Source of the DNA: Chrysomallon squamiferum
Lineage: Eukaryota > Animalia > Mollusca
NCBI GenBank assembly: GCA_012295275.1
Contig: CM022670.1
Coordinates: 30,070,001 to 30,134,000 of the forward strand
DNA length: 64,000 nucleotides
Direction: 5' to 3'
Under the pieces are notes generated by a model that made no database searches, had not been told where the DNA came from, and saw nothing but the letters and a program-made list of their open reading frames with translations. How positions within the stretch are numbered: the first letter of the stretch is position 1; every line of letters starts with the position of its first letter. This document shows, piece by piece, positions 62,801-64,000 of this stretch. The position numbers and the translations under genes were made by a program.

Positions 62801-64000
62801 ATGGTTTTAGCAACTGTCAGATATTAGATTTTTATTTTTAAACTAGCCAAATTAAGGCATGCTGCAAGGTTTTGGAAATGTTTATTACAATTTAATTAAC
62901 AAAATGTGAAACAGAAGTGCATAATAATAAATAGGAACTAAATATTAAAGTTAACAAGTTTCTGAAATTATGAACTGAAATGTGTAAACAATTTAGCAAT
63001 GAAAAATAAATAGTTTATGTTTTAAATTTTATTACAAAAACAAATTAATTACTCCAGCTGTCTTTGACTTCAGTAAGTTTATTTTAAATATTTTGATACT
63101 GAAGGAGAATAAATAATGATAGCAGTATCTACAAAGTACAATTAATTTATGACCATTTTATGATTTGAGAAACAGACAGGTGAGAAGAATAAAGGTAAAG
63201 AGTAAAATGTCAGTTATTTTTCTGACATCTCTTGCCTGCATCCACCCATAACATGGAGTGTGTTCACTTACATATAAAATGTTTATTTTGTAGAATATTT
63301 GAAAAAATATATAATAATAAAAGTTTTTAAATATTATTATCCTGCTTTGTTGTGGACTGGTTTGGCAAACAAATTGGCATATTTTGGTTTCCTTTTTCTT
63401 CAATACACAAAACTCCAATATTAGTTTTCATTTCACAACCATTGTTCATATCACCACATTCAGATCAAGTCAGCTTTTTAAAAATATTCATAATTACTCG
63501 GCATGTTAACCATGTCAGTAAAATTCAGCCTCAGAAAATATCTGAAGGCTTACATTTTAATCTTGAAAACAGTGACCATCTCTTTGATGCCTCATGAAAT
63601 TCTTAATATATACACACACAAACATTACATACGATGCTATTGACAAAGCTCTTTATAAAATGAAGATGCTTTATTTTAGACACACTATTATACAGAATTG
63701 TCTGAGAAATGCAACAGTTATGCACCATTTTCTGTCAACTTGAATATTGTTCACAAACATTTTAGTGTCATTATGAAGACAGATGAGTTGGCCGAAACAA
63801 ATATACACAAATATTTCTTTTATCTTACAAAAAACATTCTGATGATGAATTTTCAACATTTATTTGTTTCAAGAATTGTAATATAGATATATATATTTTT
63901 TATTTATATTTATATATATATATAAAATTATGTATCAATAAAAGGCATCAAGAACATTTTTAATATCACAACTGAAACTATTTTAATGAGACATCTTTCT

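Overview
AT-rich, microsatellite-dense animal genomic DNA, probably a mollusc; a decayed repeat near 33.8 kb resembles gastropod SINEs as I recall them. It is not prokaryotic, and most listed ORFs are microsatellite artefacts. One plus-strand gene dominates: a SCY1-like (SCYL2-family) pseudokinase plus HEAT-repeat gene. I reconstructed it by hand as 19 coding exons from 9868 to 58120 (2571 nt, 856 aa from the best-context ATG), all GT-AG and phase-consistent. The most notable parts are in this gene. Its C-terminal tail carries four RRPS(T/S)(H/Q)SLG repeats (PKA-type sites), and an in-frame internal GTAAGT donor could switch between 1 and 4 repeats. There is also a candidate 18-nt microexon and a possible MGCGKGKC lipidation leader. 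The introns hold a probable Sola3-type DNA transposon remnant, an 824-bp FLYWCH/MULE element with a target-site duplication, several minisatellites (one built from a splice donor) and a duplicated splice acceptor. Long foldback palindromes centred on (TA)n occur upstream and in intron 1. I see no evidence for a wholly new multi-gene system; the best candidate novelty is a splice-tunable phospho-repeat tail on a pseudokinase.
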